Part shown: piece by piece, positions 16,139 through 26,397 of the stretch
Numbering within the stretch: the first letter of the stretch is position 1
How the letters are laid out: each line of letters begins with the position of its first letter
Assembly: GCA_015489095.1 (NCBI GenBank)
Contig: WFMN01000095.1
Location: 1 to 36,782, forward strand
Length of the DNA stretch: 36,782 bases
Source of the DNA: Mariprofundaceae bacterium
GTDB taxonomy: Bacteria > Pseudomonadota > Zetaproteobacteria > Mariprofundales > J009
Direction: 5' to 3'
Program-made: the position numbers and the translations under genes
The notes under the pieces: generated by a model
The model's input: the letters and a program-made list of their open reading frames with translations, nothing else
The model's database searches: none
What the model was told of the DNA's origin: nothing

Positions 16139-16395
16139 ATTGCCCAAACTCGGAGCGAGGCGCGCCGCATGCCGATCGCTGCCAGTCGTCGCAGCCGGTC
16201 GAGTGGATTGCGGGGGTAGAGTCTAATGCCTGCCCGGTCATCGACATGCTCGAACTCTGGCCGGCCTTTCGCGCCTACCAACTGCTCGAGCATCATCACA
16301 CATGGCCACAGGCGGGCGGATGGGAAGATCAGTCGCCACTGTTTGTGGATCTGGTTGAGATCATAGACGCATGCCGTCCCATTCCAGCAAGCTAA
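15761..16395 (+). CDS. Tail assembly chaperone -1 frameshift fusion product (lambda GT-like)
   Basis: The -1 frame is open from 16081 to the stop at 16393-16395 and reads protein-like (ELWPAFRAYQLL...GGWEDQSPLFVDLV). The shift would occur at 16087-16093. Confidence 0.65.
16087..16093 (+). other. Programmed -1 ribosomal frameshift slippery heptamer A AAA AAG
   Basis: The zero frame reads gca aaa aaa aag. A run of nine A at 16084-16092. This is the canonical X XXY YYZ site in the conserved G/GT position. Confidence 0.7.
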
Positions 16396-18548
16396 AAATC
16401 CTCATCATGGGCGATGCAAAAAACGCCCAGGATGCATTTAATCAAGCGCGTTCGGCGGCGGAGGTAACCTCGCAGGCGATGGTGACATCGTTTGCGGCTG
16501 CCTCCGCAGCGTTCGGGCTTGTTGGCGGTGCTGCGCTTAAAACCAGCGCCGAGTTTGAGAAGTTCCGCACGCAACTGGACACCATCGAAGGATCAAGCAG
16601 TCGTGCTGCCGCTTCGATGGATTGGATCACCAAGTTCACCAAAAACACACCGTTTGAGCTGAAGCAGGTCACCGATGCCTTTGTGCAGATGAAGGCGTTT
16701 GGGCTTGACCCGATCGCCAACGATTCACTGCGTGTGCTTGGCGATACATCTGCCGCTATGGGGCGCACGCTGGATCAGGGAGTGCAGGCGCTGGCCGATG
16801 CTGTTACTGGTGAGTTTGAGAGGTTGAAAGAGTTTGGCATCAAGGCGCGCACGGTGGGCAATCAGGTGCAGTTCTCCTATCAGCAGAATGGGCAGGCGAT
16901 GGTGGCCACCGCCGACAAGACCAGCCAAGATATGATACAGGCTACGCTTCTTGGTATTTTCAACGATAAGTATGCAGGCGGCATGGATAAGCTGTCGCAG
17001 ACTTGGGGCGGCATGACCTCCAACATGTCGGACAGTTGGACGATCTTTCAGAAACAGATTGGCGACGCGGGGGCATTTGACGCAGCGAAGGGTTCGCTGG
17101 CGATCATCATGGATGAGATGAACAAAAACGACACCGCAGTGCGGCAGTTGGCGCAGGATATTTCGGGCGGCCTGATCACCGGGATGGAAGTGGCTACTAC
17201 TGGTGCCGCCCTGTTTGCCAAGGGGTTTATTGCACTTGGGACGGTAGCAGATGGTGTTGCTGTGGTGTTGGATGGCGTGGCGCTTACCGCAGTGCAGGGG
17301 TTTGATAAAATGCTGTCGGGGCTGATGCAGTTCTACGGAGCGCTGGCCAATCTACCTGGCAGTTTGGGTGAGCCATACGCCCAAGCGAGAAAAGATATTG
17401 TCGCTTTTCGCCACGATCTGGCAGGCACGACATCGGCTATTGCCGCGACCGGTTCCGGTGCGCTGGACAAGCTAGGGCAGAGCGTTGGAGATGCAGCCCT
17501 AGAGTTTGACAATATTGATCAAAAAGCGGTGAAGTTTTTCACCGTGATGGAAAAAGCGCGCAATGCAGGTGCTGCCTCCTCATTATCTCCCACCGCACCA
17601 CAGGCTCCAACAGCCACATCCACGGCAACCAATACCCAAAGCCCGGAGGTCACCAAGGCTCTCTCCGATGCGCAGAAGATCATCGACATCCACTCCGCCA
17701 AGTGGCAGAAGATCCAGACGATGGGTCAGGCGGCGTTCGGCTCCGAACAGGAGTTGATGCTTGCCAAGGCGCAGGCGGAGGATGCGCAACTGGTTGCCGA
17801 GCAGCAGCGCATCGAGGCCGCTGCCCAGCAGCAGGGCGCGGGCATGGAGCAGATACAGGCGCTACGCGATTACTACGACCAGTTGCGCATTGATCGTGCG
17901 CAGCAGACGGCAGATCAATTGGCGCAGATTGATGCGGAAACAGCAGCAGCCCAGCAGCGGGTGGAGAAGCAGGCAGCATCGGCACGGTTGGATTTGGCGT
18001 CCAATGCGATGGGTGCGCTGTCGGGGATGCTGGCTAATGGTGGCAAGAAGGCGTTCGAGGCATCCAAGGCGCTATCGATTGCACAAACGGTCATCTCCAC
18101 CTATTCCGCTGCGCAAAAGGCGTATGAGTCGCAAATGGCGATACCAACACCGGATGCTCCGGCACGGGCTGCAGTGGCGGCAGGTGTTGCTATTGCCCAA
18201 GGTGTGGCGCGCGCGGCGGCTATCGCTTCAACCAGTTATGGATCGCGCAGCGTCAGCAGCCGTGCCGGCGGCGCAACCACCCCCGGGGGAATAGCCAGCC
18301 AGCGCGGATTTTCCGGGAGCCGTCAGCCCACCACCTTCAATCCGGGATATGTGCAGTCGCCCAATGCTTACCGCAACACCGGCCAGCCCACTATTCAGGT
18401 TGTGCAGCATATCAACGCCCCGGGGGCGACAGCAGGCACCGCCCAGCAAATTCAGCAGGCGGCCGCGCTTGGTGCACAGCAGGCGGTGGCGCATGTTGCC
18501 AACGACTTTCAGACCAATGGCCCATTGCGGCAATCGCTGGCAGTTTAA
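16371..18548 (+). CDS. Tape measure protein
   Basis: 725 aa, Ala/Gln-rich and helical, located after G/GT. Start uncertain (ATG at 16371 or 16407). Confidence 0.85.
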   Translation: MPSHSSKLKILIMGDAKNAQDAFNQARSAAEVTSQAMVTSFAAASAAFGLVGGAALKTSAEFEKFRTQLDTIEGSSSRAAASMDWITKFTKNTPFELKQVTDAFVQMKAFGLDPIANDSLRVLGDTSAAMGRTLDQGVQALADAVTGEFERLKEFGIKARTVGNQVQFSYQQNGQAMVATADKTSQDMIQATLLGIFNDKYAGGMDKLSQTWGGMTSNMSDSWTIFQKQIGDAGAFDAAKGSLAIIMDEMNKNDTAVRQLAQDISGGLITGMEVATTGAALFAKGFIALGTVADGVAVVLDGVALTAVQGFDKMLSGLMQFYGALANLPGSLGEPYAQARKDIVAFRHDLAGTTSAIAATGSGALDKLGQSVGDAALEFDNIDQKAVKFFTVMEKARNAGAASSLSPTAPQAPTATSTATNTQSPEVTKALSDAQKIIDIHSAKWQKIQTMGQAAFGSEQELMLAKAQAEDAQLVAEQQRIEAAAQQQGAGMEQIQALRDYYDQLRIDRAQQTADQLAQIDAETAAAQQRVEKQAASARLDLASNAMGALSGMLANGGKKAFEASKALSIAQTVISTYSAAQKAYESQMAIPTPDAPARAAVAAGVAIAQGVARAAAIASTSYGSRSVSSRAGGATTPGGIASQRGFSGSRQPTTFNPGYVQSPNAYRNTGQPTIQVVQHINAPGATAGTAQQIQQAAALGAQQAVAHVANDFQTNGPLRQSLAV

Positions 18549-19151
18549 GTGGCTGTCTTGGCATTCCCCAACATTTTGCCAACATCGGCGGATTGGCGGT
18601 TGCGCCCCAACACCGCATCGTTCACTTCGCCGTTTAACCGCACGGTGCAGACCTTCGAGCGTCCGGGGGCACGATGGGAGGTGGCGCTTAATTTCGCCAA
18701 CCTGACAGCTGCTGATGGGCGAACGATGGCAGCATTCCTCACGGCATTGCGTGGAGAGGCGGGAAGGTTCACACTGCACGACCATACACAGCCCACCATT
18801 CGAGGTGCAGCGGCCACAGATTCCCCCGTGGTTTCTGGCGCAGGGCAAACGGGGAGTACATTGGTGGTCGCCAACCTGACCGCCAATGTTATCGGCGCAT
18901 TTTTGGCCGGGGACATGATCGGTGTAGGCACGCAGCTCTGTATGGTGACGGCGGATGCCAACAGCGATAATGCGGGTATCGCCACGCTTTCCATCGAAGC
19001 ACCGTTGCGGACATCGCCAGCTGATCTATCCGCCATCACCGTTACCAAGCCAACGGCAACCTTCAAGCTGAAAGACGACAACCAAGCGGCATGGCGTGTG
19101 CAGCCGGTGCTGTACAGTTTGGCGCTGACCTGCGAAGAGGTGTTTGTGTGA
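18549..19151 (+). CDS. Minor/distal tail protein (lambda M-equivalent position)
   Basis: 200 aa with a GTG start directly after the tape measure stop. Confidence 0.55.
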   Translation: MAVLAFPNILPTSADWRLRPNTASFTSPFNRTVQTFERPGARWEVALNFANLTAADGRTMAAFLTALRGEAGRFTLHDHTQPTIRGAAATDSPVVSGAGQTGSTLVVANLTANVIGAFLAGDMIGVGTQLCMVTADANSDNAGIATLSIEAPLRTSPADLSAITVTKPTATFKLKDDNQAAWRVQPVLYSLALTCEEVFV

Positions 19152-19702
19152 GAAACCTCGCAGCGTTAATGAACACCGCTACCAAGGCGGACAATGTGAC
19201 CTTTGGCTGGGCAGTGGAGTTGGATTTTGCCGACGGCTTTGTACGGCTCAACACCACGCCATCCGAGCAGACTATCGAGGGAAACCTCTACACAGGCGTT
19301 GGTGACCTAGGCACGGTGTCGCCGATCAACGAAAGCAGCAACCTCAAAGTGACAGGGGTAAACCTCACGCTATCTGGTGCCAGTTCCGCACTGGTGACAG
19401 AGGCGTTGAGCAGCAATTATGCCGGGCGTAGCTGCCGTATCTTCCTCATCTTGTTCGATACCAACTACGCCATCATCGGTACGCCATATCCGGTAGGGAC
19501 ATGGCGCATGGACACCATGAGCCTCAACATGGGGTCGCAGTCGTCCATTACGCTGACGGCCAACTCCATCCTTGCGGATTGGGATAGACCCCGCGTGCGT
19601 TACTACACCGACCAAGATCACCAAGGTCGGCATCCCGGGGACAAGTTCTTCGAGTTCCTTGCCCCCAATGTGGAGCGCATTATCAACTGGGGCATCGCAT
19701 GA
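19148..19702 (+). CDS. Minor tail protein (lambda L-equivalent; DUF2163/BR0599-like)
   Basis: GTGA overlap at 19148 (alternative ATG at 19169). The pattern FGWAVELDFADGFVRLNT...GNLYTGVGDLG resembles GTA g13-type tail proteins. Confidence 0.55.
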   Translation: MRNLAALMNTATKADNVTFGWAVELDFADGFVRLNTTPSEQTIEGNLYTGVGDLGTVSPINESSNLKVTGVNLTLSGASSALVTEALSSNYAGRSCRIFLILFDTNYAIIGTPYPVGTWRMDTMSLNMGSQSSITLTANSILADWDRPRVRYYTDQDHQGRHPGDKFFEFLAPNVERIINWGIA

Positions 19703-20106
19703 TCGAGGATTGGCCAGAGCGCATGAACGCGGTGATCGAGGAAGCACGGGATAAGCCGTTTGCGTGGGGTGAGCACGACTGCTGTCTGTTCGCAGCCGAT
19801 GTTGTACAGGCCATCACCGGAAAGGATTATGCCAAGGAGTACCGTGGCAAGTACAAGACCATGCGTGGTGCGTACAAGCTGCTCAAGAAGAAGCCGTTGG
19901 CCAAGGTGCTGGATAGTAGGTTTAAGCGCACGCCATTCCCCAACCGTGGCGATGTGGTGCTGATTCCTGGCAGCATGGTGGGTTCAGTGCAGGACGCGTT
20001 GGGCATTTGCATTGGCGTCAAGGTGGCATTGGTAAGTGAGGGCGGTGGCTTGGACTTCATGCCGTATGGCGGGGATATGAAAGCATGGAGCGTGCGTAAT
20101 GGGTAA
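19699..20106 (+). CDS. NlpC/P60-like tail tip peptidase (lambda K / GTA g14-like)
   Basis: Catalytic-Cys context WGEHDCCLFAADVV. 135 aa, positioned before the J-like gene. Confidence 0.6.
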   Translation: MIEDWPERMNAVIEEARDKPFAWGEHDCCLFAADVVQAITGKDYAKEYRGKYKTMRGAYKLLKKKPLAKVLDSRFKRTPFPNRGDVVLIPGSMVGSVQDALGICIGVKVALVSEGGGLDFMPYGGDMKAWSVRNG

Positions 20107-23100
20107 AGCCGCCCAATACATCATCGGCGGCGTAGAGGTTGTTGCTGGTGTTGCTGTCATTGCATTCACCGGCAACATTGCAGCAGGTGCGGCACTGATC
20201 GGGTCGGGCGTAGCAACCATTGCCGGAGCTGCCCTTGCACCCAAGCCGGAAGGGGTAACCCCCGCCGACCCCCAGCAGCAATCGCATGTGTTCAAAGGCA
20301 CCACAGTCCCGCAAAAGATCATCTATGGTGCGATGCGTGTATCTGGTCCACTGTATGAGATCGCGGCTAATGGCAATCTGACCCCCATGCAGATACAGGC
20401 CAAGCCGACTACCAATCTTGTGGCAGTCACTGCGCCATCGCACACCAACGATATGCTGCATGTCATCATCCCGCTTGCCGGGCATGAGGTGGAGTCCATC
20501 GGCAATGTGATTATCAACAACGAGTTGGTCAGTCCCGGTACAGGTGGAACCTTGACCGCAGATGAACAGGCGCAAGTTGCCAAGTACGCCCCCTATGTGC
20601 GGGTGAAGCGGCACCTTGGCGGAGCCGGACAGGTGGCCGACCCTGACTTGGTGGCGGAAGTGCCGGAGTGGACATCCGCCCATATCGGTACAGGCATTGC
20701 TTACATTTATCTGCGCCTCAAATACAACCGTTCGCTGTACCCGCAAGGGCTGCGCAACATCCAAGCAGATGTGTTGGGCAAGAAGGTGTATGACCCCCGT
20801 ACTGGCAATACGGCATGGAGTGATAATTGGGCGTTGTGTATGCGGGATTACATGACCTCCGACTACGGCTTGGCGATGACCACTGCAGAGGTGGATGACA
20901 ACTATATTATCACAGCCGCCAACATCTCGGACGAGATTGTAGCCACTGCCAACGGCGGCTCGCAGAAACGCTACACCTGCAACGGTACGCTCGACCTATC
21001 CAAGAACCCAACCACGCTGCTCAAGAGCATGCTGACCGCAGGCATGGGGCATTTGATCCCCTCCGTGGAAGGCAAGGCGCGGCTGATTGCGGGGGCGTAT
21101 GTCACGCCGACATTGAGCATAGGCGAGAACGACCTGCGCGGGGATGTTTCCTACAAGCCAGCCGTGGGTGCCAAGAGCAAGGTGAACACCATTGTCGGGC
21201 AGTACAAAGGACCGGACTCAAGCTGGGTGCAGGTGTCGTTCCCGCAGGTAGGTGTGCAGGCGTATGTGACCGCTGATGGTGGGGTGATCAAGCGCGAGAT
21301 CAAGCTGCCGTTTTGTACCGACCACGAGCGGTGCCAGCGCATGGCGAAGCTGCAGCTGGAGTGGGAGCGCATGGGTGGGATTCTTCACCTGCCGTGTAAG
21401 ATCACCATGCTGGAAGCGGTGACGATGGACAATGTGATGGTCACGCTGCCGGAACTTGGCTTTGTGAACAAAGTGTTCCGCGTGATTGATTGGCGATTGA
21501 ACAGCGACCTTGGTGTTGATTTAACACTGAAAGAAGACGCCGCGTCGATCTACGCATGGTCAACGGCAGATGCCACACCATTTACACCTACCCCTGTGGC
21601 GTTGCCTACATTGCCGACAGGCACCTACCTGCCCGTGATTCCGGGGCGGGTGAACGGGCTGGAGATTTCCGGGCAGGGGAACAACACCGATTATTCAGGG
21701 CGCGATGTTCACTTTGTTTGGCGGCATGTGACGCAATCGGATTACCAAGCCTTGGGCAGTGAGATATTCGGCGCTGGCTCTGGTGGGTTGGATGCTTGGT
21801 TTGCTGGCTATGAGATTGAGATTTCTGTGGCTGGCACAGTCATCCGCCGTGAGATCGTGCAGGACAACTCCTACATCTACTCCTTTGAGAAGAACCGTGT
21901 TGACGCTGGTGGGCCACATCGTGCGTTTGTTATTGCGGTACGGATATTGGGCAAGCAGAACCAGCGGTCGCAGCCAACTGTGCTGTCTGTGAATAATCCA
22001 GTGCCACAGGTTCCAAGCCCAATCAATATCACCCCGCTGCTGCGTGGGCTGATGATCTCGTTCGACCCGCCAACCGATTCGGACTATGCCGGGGTGCTGG
22101 TGTATGCCTCCACTGCCAGCGGCTTCACGCCGGACGCCTCAACACTGGTGTATGATGGCCCCGGCAACCATTTTCGTATCGACAATTTGCAATCGAACAC
22201 AGCCTACTATGTGGTTGTAGCACCTTACGATGTGTTTGGTAAGACAGGGCTGAACATGTCGGGCGAGATTTCCACCACAACTGTGCGCATTACCAGTGCG
22301 GACATTACACCGGGGTCTGTCGATAACATCGCCCTCGACCCAGCCTTGCAGGTTGATCAGATACCCATCATCCAACAGAACATCAGCAGCCTGCAAGGTT
22401 CGGTGGGTAGCAACTCCGCCAGTATAAGCAACGAAGCGACACTGCGTGCCAATGGTGATTCGGCCAATGCTCAGGCAATCAGTACGGTATCATCCACAGT
22501 GGACGGGCACACAACGACGATCAGCCAGCATACGACATCAATTAACGGAATTGAGGGGCAGTACGCTGTACGCATTGATGCAAATGGGCATGTCACCGGG
22601 TTTGGGTTAATAAGCCAAGGAGCCAATGGCGCACCTAGCACATTCACCATCTTGGCGGACAAGTTCCAGCTGGTTGATCCCAACAATCCCAATGCGACAA
22701 CAGCGCCGTTTTCTGTTGATGCGAATGGAAACGCTTATTTTCATGGTGACATCAGTGCGGCCAATGGCACATTCCGTGGTGCACTGTTGTCCCCCGGTGT
22801 TGTGTCGTTTTACGACAATGTGGCTGGGTTCTACCTTGATACTACGGGGGCTTTTCGGTTAGGCAATGTAAACTCCGGGCAGTATTTGTCATACCTCGCT
22901 GGTGAGCTAACCATCGGTGGCAATGTGAACATCACTGGCACAGCCGTTATTGGCACTTTGCAGCTTGCCAACAATGCGGTGAGTTACACCCATCGTACAA
23001 CGGGTGGTGCATCATCGCTCACTATACCTGCGTTAACGGTCAATAGTTCGTTGCTCATTTCCGCGAAGGGGTACACCCATTCAGCGGCGGCTATCAATAC

Positions 23101-23281
23101 CGCATTGTATGCCAACGGCGTGGCGATTGATACCAATTACAGCCATACTGGTGGAGCCTCGCAGGATGTCGCCACCGCCCTGACAACCGCTTACAATAAG
23201 CCTGCTAACACGGCTGTTACCCTCTCTGTTGGTGGATTCTCTGGCAGTGTGTCAATAGCGGTGCTGGAGGTGATGAAGTGA
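20099..23281 (+). CDS. Host specificity / central tail fibre protein (lambda J-like with an I-like hydrophobic N-terminus)
   Basis: 1060 aa. FN3-like segment (SFDPPTDSDYAGVLVY...NTAYYVVVAPYDVFG). J-type C-terminal pattern AVRIDANGHVTGFGL...FTILADKFQLV. Confidence 0.85.
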   Translation: MGKAAQYIIGGVEVVAGVAVIAFTGNIAAGAALIGSGVATIAGAALAPKPEGVTPADPQQQSHVFKGTTVPQKIIYGAMRVSGPLYEIAANGNLTPMQIQAKPTTNLVAVTAPSHTNDMLHVIIPLAGHEVESIGNVIINNELVSPGTGGTLTADEQAQVAKYAPYVRVKRHLGGAGQVADPDLVAEVPEWTSAHIGTGIAYIYLRLKYNRSLYPQGLRNIQADVLGKKVYDPRTGNTAWSDNWALCMRDYMTSDYGLAMTTAEVDDNYIITAANISDEIVATANGGSQKRYTCNGTLDLSKNPTTLLKSMLTAGMGHLIPSVEGKARLIAGAYVTPTLSIGENDLRGDVSYKPAVGAKSKVNTIVGQYKGPDSSWVQVSFPQVGVQAYVTADGGVIKREIKLPFCTDHERCQRMAKLQLEWERMGGILHLPCKITMLEAVTMDNVMVTLPELGFVNKVFRVIDWRLNSDLGVDLTLKEDAASIYAWSTADATPFTPTPVALPTLPTGTYLPVIPGRVNGLEISGQGNNTDYSGRDVHFVWRHVTQSDYQALGSEIFGAGSGGLDAWFAGYEIEISVAGTVIRREIVQDNSYIYSFEKNRVDAGGPHRAFVIAVRILGKQNQRSQPTVLSVNNPVPQVPSPINITPLLRGLMISFDPPTDSDYAGVLVYASTASGFTPDASTLVYDGPGNHFRIDNLQSNTAYYVVVAPYDVFGKTGLNMSGEISTTTVRITSADITPGSVDNIALDPALQVDQIPIIQQNISSLQGSVGSNSASISNEATLRANGDSANAQAISTVSSTVDGHTTTISQHTTSINGIEGQYAVRIDANGHVTGFGLISQGANGAPSTFTILADKFQLVDPNNPNATTAPFSVDANGNAYFHGDISAANGTFRGALLSPGVVSFYDNVAGFYLDTTGAFRLGNVNSGQYLSYLAGELTIGGNVNITGTAVIGTLQLANNAVSYTHRTTGGASSLTIPALTVNSSLLISAKGYTHSAAAINTALYANGVAIDTNYSHTGGASQDVATALTTAYNKPANTAVTLSVGGFSGSVSIAVLEVMK

Positions 23282-23667
23282 ACCTGTTTATCAAAACAGA
23301 CAAGTCAGGAAATATACTGGATCAACTGGTGTCGCAACACACAAAGATCAAGGGGTATATCAAGCTGCCACTCTCCGAGGAGCATAATTTGGGCAAGGGG
23401 TGCAGATACAACGGCAAGACCATTGATCCACCACCCCCGCCATCAGCGCAGGAACTCTGGAGTGCTGTGCGACTGGAAGTAACCAGACGGCTACAGGCGT
23501 CCGATTCTGTGCTTGCAACGCTGTTGCTGCCTGATTCGTACCCTACCCTCACTGCCAGTCAGAAAGCGGCCAAGGTTTCGGCGTGGAAGGTATATCGCCA
23601 GCAGCTACGAGACATCACCATGCAAAAAGACCCGGCCAACATCGTGTGGCCTACGCAGCCCAAATAG
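23278..23667 (+). CDS. Tail fibre assembly chaperone-like protein
   Basis: The C-terminus WKVYRQQLRDITMQKDPANIVWPTQP matches the Tfa-type pattern. GTGA overlap. This is where the AT-richer DNA starts. Confidence 0.55.
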   Translation: MNLFIKTDKSGNILDQLVSQHTKIKGYIKLPLSEEHNLGKGCRYNGKTIDPPPPPSAQELWSAVRLEVTRRLQASDSVLATLLLPDSYPTLTASQKAAKVSAWKVYRQQLRDITMQKDPANIVWPTQPK

Positions 23668-23679
23668 GGAGGGAGTGAA

Positions 23680-24678
23680 ATGAGTCAGTACAACACAGGA
23701 TCGGTCGATGTAACCAACGGCTCTGCGGTTGTTACAGGCACCTCCACACTGTTTCTATCCAGTGTCGCAGCTGGTGATGTATTCAGCCTGCTCAATAGTG
23801 GGATTTCCTACGACATCGCCTCGGTGGATTCCGACACGCAGATCACGCTGTCTGCTAATTACGCTGGCACCACTGCCACTGCGCAGGCATACACGGTCAC
23901 CAGAGACTTCACCCCGATTCTTGGCCTGCCATATCCGGTCGTTGGTGATGTGGATACTGCAGGAGTGGTGAAGGCGGCGCTGCTGAAACTGGATAGCGGC
24001 ATCACCGTGACCAGCTTCAATCACCGAGGCGATTGGGTGAGTGGCACCACCTATTCTGTGGATGACGCAGTACAGAGTGGCGGGCGGTATTTCCTGTCCA
24101 AAGTGTCGAACAACACGGGTCACACGCCTCCCGCCACGGGAACGGGGGATGCTTGGTGGAGTTTGGTGGCAGACCGAGGCGCTACAGGCGCGACCGGACC
24201 GCAAGGCGTACAAGGTATTCAAGGCGTGCAGGGGATTCAGGGTTTCTCCGTCCTTAATGGTACGGTTGACCCCACATCTGCGGACGGGGTGGATGGTGAT
24301 TTCTGGATCAACACAACATCGAACAACATATTCGGACCGAAGGCCGCTGGCGCGTGGGGAGCAGGCACATCACTGATTGGACCACAAGGCATCCAAGGTA
24401 TTCAGGGCAACACGGGACCAACCGGACCACAAGGGCAATCTGTTGATCATGTGTCCCGTACCGCTGGCACCGGCGCGGCGGGGACAACAGACACCTACAC
24501 CGTATGGGGTGACGCTGGCGAGACTATTAACCTCGGCACTTTTCGAGTGGTCAATGGAGCCAATGGCACAGGGGTAGGTGACATGCTTATTGCCACCTAT
24601 GACCCCAACGCACACAACACAGACATCTTCGCCTACGCCGCATCGCAATCTGCGGCCATGGCAATCGCTCTAGGTTAG
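23680..24678 (+). CDS. Tail fibre protein with collagen-like Gly-X-Y repeats
   Basis: GATGATGPQGVQGIQGVQGIQG and GPQGIQGIQGNTGPTGPQGQ. The upstream WVSGTTYSVDDAVQSGGRYFLSK...GDAWW resembles a CBM5/12-type sugar-binding module. Confidence 0.75.
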   Translation: MSQYNTGSVDVTNGSAVVTGTSTLFLSSVAAGDVFSLLNSGISYDIASVDSDTQITLSANYAGTTATAQAYTVTRDFTPILGLPYPVVGDVDTAGVVKAALLKLDSGITVTSFNHRGDWVSGTTYSVDDAVQSGGRYFLSKVSNNTGHTPPATGTGDAWWSLVADRGATGATGPQGVQGIQGVQGIQGFSVLNGTVDPTSADGVDGDFWINTTSNNIFGPKAAGAWGAGTSLIGPQGIQGIQGNTGPTGPQGQSVDHVSRTAGTGAAGTTDTYTVWGDAGETINLGTFRVVNGANGTGVGDMLIATYDPNAHNTDIFAYAASQSAAMAIALG

Positions 24679-24687
24679 GAGGCCATT

Positions 24688-25008
24688 ATGGCATTTGGAC
24701 GAGTATTTACAGCGGGGATTGGCACAACACCGACCGTGGTTAGTGCAACGGTGCCTGCGGCCAAAACACATACGGTACACGGGCTATCTATCGCCAACAC
24801 AGCGGCGACTGCGGTTGCTGCCACCGTGACGGTGACAGACGGCACCACGACAGCGACTGTCATCAAGGGCGTGAATATCCCACCCAACGACGCGCTCGGT
24901 GTGATGGGCATGGAAGTGAAACACAATCTACTGACGGGGGATAGCATCAGTGTAAGCAGTGATACCGCTGCTTCGCTTGATGTGACATACTCGTATCTGG
25001 AGCAATAA
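24688..25008 (+). CDS. Hypothetical Thr/Ala/Val-rich beta-type protein (fibre cassette)
   Basis: 106 aa, SD aggagg. Confidence 0.5.
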   Translation: MAFGRVFTAGIGTTPTVVSATVPAAKTHTVHGLSIANTAATAVAATVTVTDGTTTATVIKGVNIPPNDALGVMGMEVKHNLLTGDSISVSSDTAASLDVTYSYLEQ

Positions 25009-25009
25009 A

Positions 25010-25489
25010 ATGGGTTTACTATCAGGGACACAAGGGGCTGTGACCCCAGCAGCAATTGGCCTAGGTAATGTCGATAACACATCAGACCTCAATAAGCCGA
25101 TTTCCACCGCTACTCAAACAGCGCTTGATCTCAAGGCACCACTTGCATCCCCGCACCTGACGGGCGCACCAGTGGACAGCACGATCACAGCACTTACTTC
25201 AGCCACTACGATTACGCCTGATTTCAGCCTGTCGAATAACTTTACTTTGACGCTCGCTCATAACGCTACTCTAGCAAACCCCACTGGGTTGGTTGCTGGG
25301 CAGCAGGGGAGCATTGTTATCACACAGGACGCAACAGGTAGTCGGACTATGGGTTTTGGCACAAGTTGGAAGTTTGTTGGCGGTACTGCTCCTACGCTAT
25401 CTACAGCAGCGGGAGCGGTTGATCGGCTTGATTATCTTGTGGTGAGTACTACAGAGATTCATGCTGTTGTTTCATTGGATGTGAAATAA
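25010..25489 (+). CDS. Tail fibre-repeat protein
   Basis: GLGNVDNTSDLNKPISTATQTALDLKA is the classical phage tail-fibre N-terminal repeat motif. Confidence 0.65.
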   Translation: MGLLSGTQGAVTPAAIGLGNVDNTSDLNKPISTATQTALDLKAPLASPHLTGAPVDSTITALTSATTITPDFSLSNNFTLTLAHNATLANPTGLVAGQQGSIVITQDATGSRTMGFGTSWKFVGGTAPTLSTAAGAVDRLDYLVVSTTEIHAVVSLDVK

Positions 25490-26397
25490 TGTTTAACCAT
25501 GTAATGCAAGGTGCGAGTGCCGCAGGTGGCGCTCAGCTTTATCCAAATATTACAGCATCCGTAACACCAACCATCGACGGTAACTACCATGTTTATCAGT
25601 TCAACTCTTCTGGTACTTTCACTGTCAATGCCTTGGGCACTGACCCTGTATATGGTGCTGTTTGTGATTATCTTATTGTGGCTGGTGGCGGCGGAGGTGG
25701 CAACGCTGGTGCTGCAGGAGGAGGCGGTGGTGCTGGCGGTTTTCTTACAGCTACAGGTGCTAGCTTATCTGTAGGGTCTCATTCTGTAGTTGTGGGTGCT
25801 GGTGGTAGTGCACCAACAGTGTACGCTAATGGGGGTAATGGAGCAGATAGTAGTGTATTCGGTGTTACAGCTGTTGGTGGTGGCGGTGGTGGTGGTGTGC
25901 TTAGTACCACTACCAGTATAGTCGCACCTACAGGTGGTTCAGGCGGTGGTGGTTCTAATCGTGCTTTGGGTGGTTCAGGAACAGCGGGACAAGGTAATGC
26001 TGGCGGTGATGGTAATGCAAATCCTGCCTATCTAGCCGGAGGAGGCGGTGGTGCTGGTACTATTGGTGCCAATGCTGGCGCTCACGGCACAGCGAGTGGT
26101 GCCGGTGGTGCTGGATTGTCTTCGTCTATTACTGGTGTTGCTGTAACATACGCTGGTGGCGGCGGAGGTGGCGGTGATGATTACGCCGGGCGAGGTGCTG
26201 GCGGCGCTGGAGGCACTGGTGGTGGCGGTAATGGCTACAGCTCTAATGGCATTGGAGTTAATAATCCTGCTGGCGCAGGCGGAGCTAATCTCGGCGGTGG
26301 TGGCGGAGGCAGTGGTTGGAGTAATGCTACGAATACCTTTGTATCAGGAGCTAACGGTGGCTCCGGTGTAGTAATTATTCGAGTGAGGTTCCAGTAA
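25489..26397 (+). CDS. Glycine-rich domain protein (fibre cassette)
   Basis: YQFNSSGTFTV...DYLIVAGGGGGGNAGAAGGGGGAGG, then many GGxG tracts. ATGA-type coupling. Confidence 0.6.
   Translation: MFNHVMQGASAAGGAQLYPNITASVTPTIDGNYHVYQFNSSGTFTVNALGTDPVYGAVCDYLIVAGGGGGGNAGAAGGGGGAGGFLTATGASLSVGSHSVVVGAGGSAPTVYANGGNGADSSVFGVTAVGGGGGGGVLSTTTSIVAPTGGSGGGGSNRALGGSGTAGQGNAGGDGNANPAYLAGGGGGAGTIGANAGAHGTASGAGGAGLSSSITGVAVTYAGGGGGGGDDYAGRGAGGAGGTGGGGNGYSSNGIGVNNPAGAGGANLGGGGGGSGWSNATNTFVSGANGGSGVVIIRVRFQ

Noticed and set aside
25589-26371. Highly repetitive ggtggc/ggcggt DNA and the alternative-frame ORFs 25589-25774 and 26156-26371. I considered a repeat array or CRISPR-like locus.
   Set aside because: There is no repeat-spacer periodicity. 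The repetition is codon-level Gly/Ala coding within one long SD-coupled ORF, and the alternative frames are by-products.
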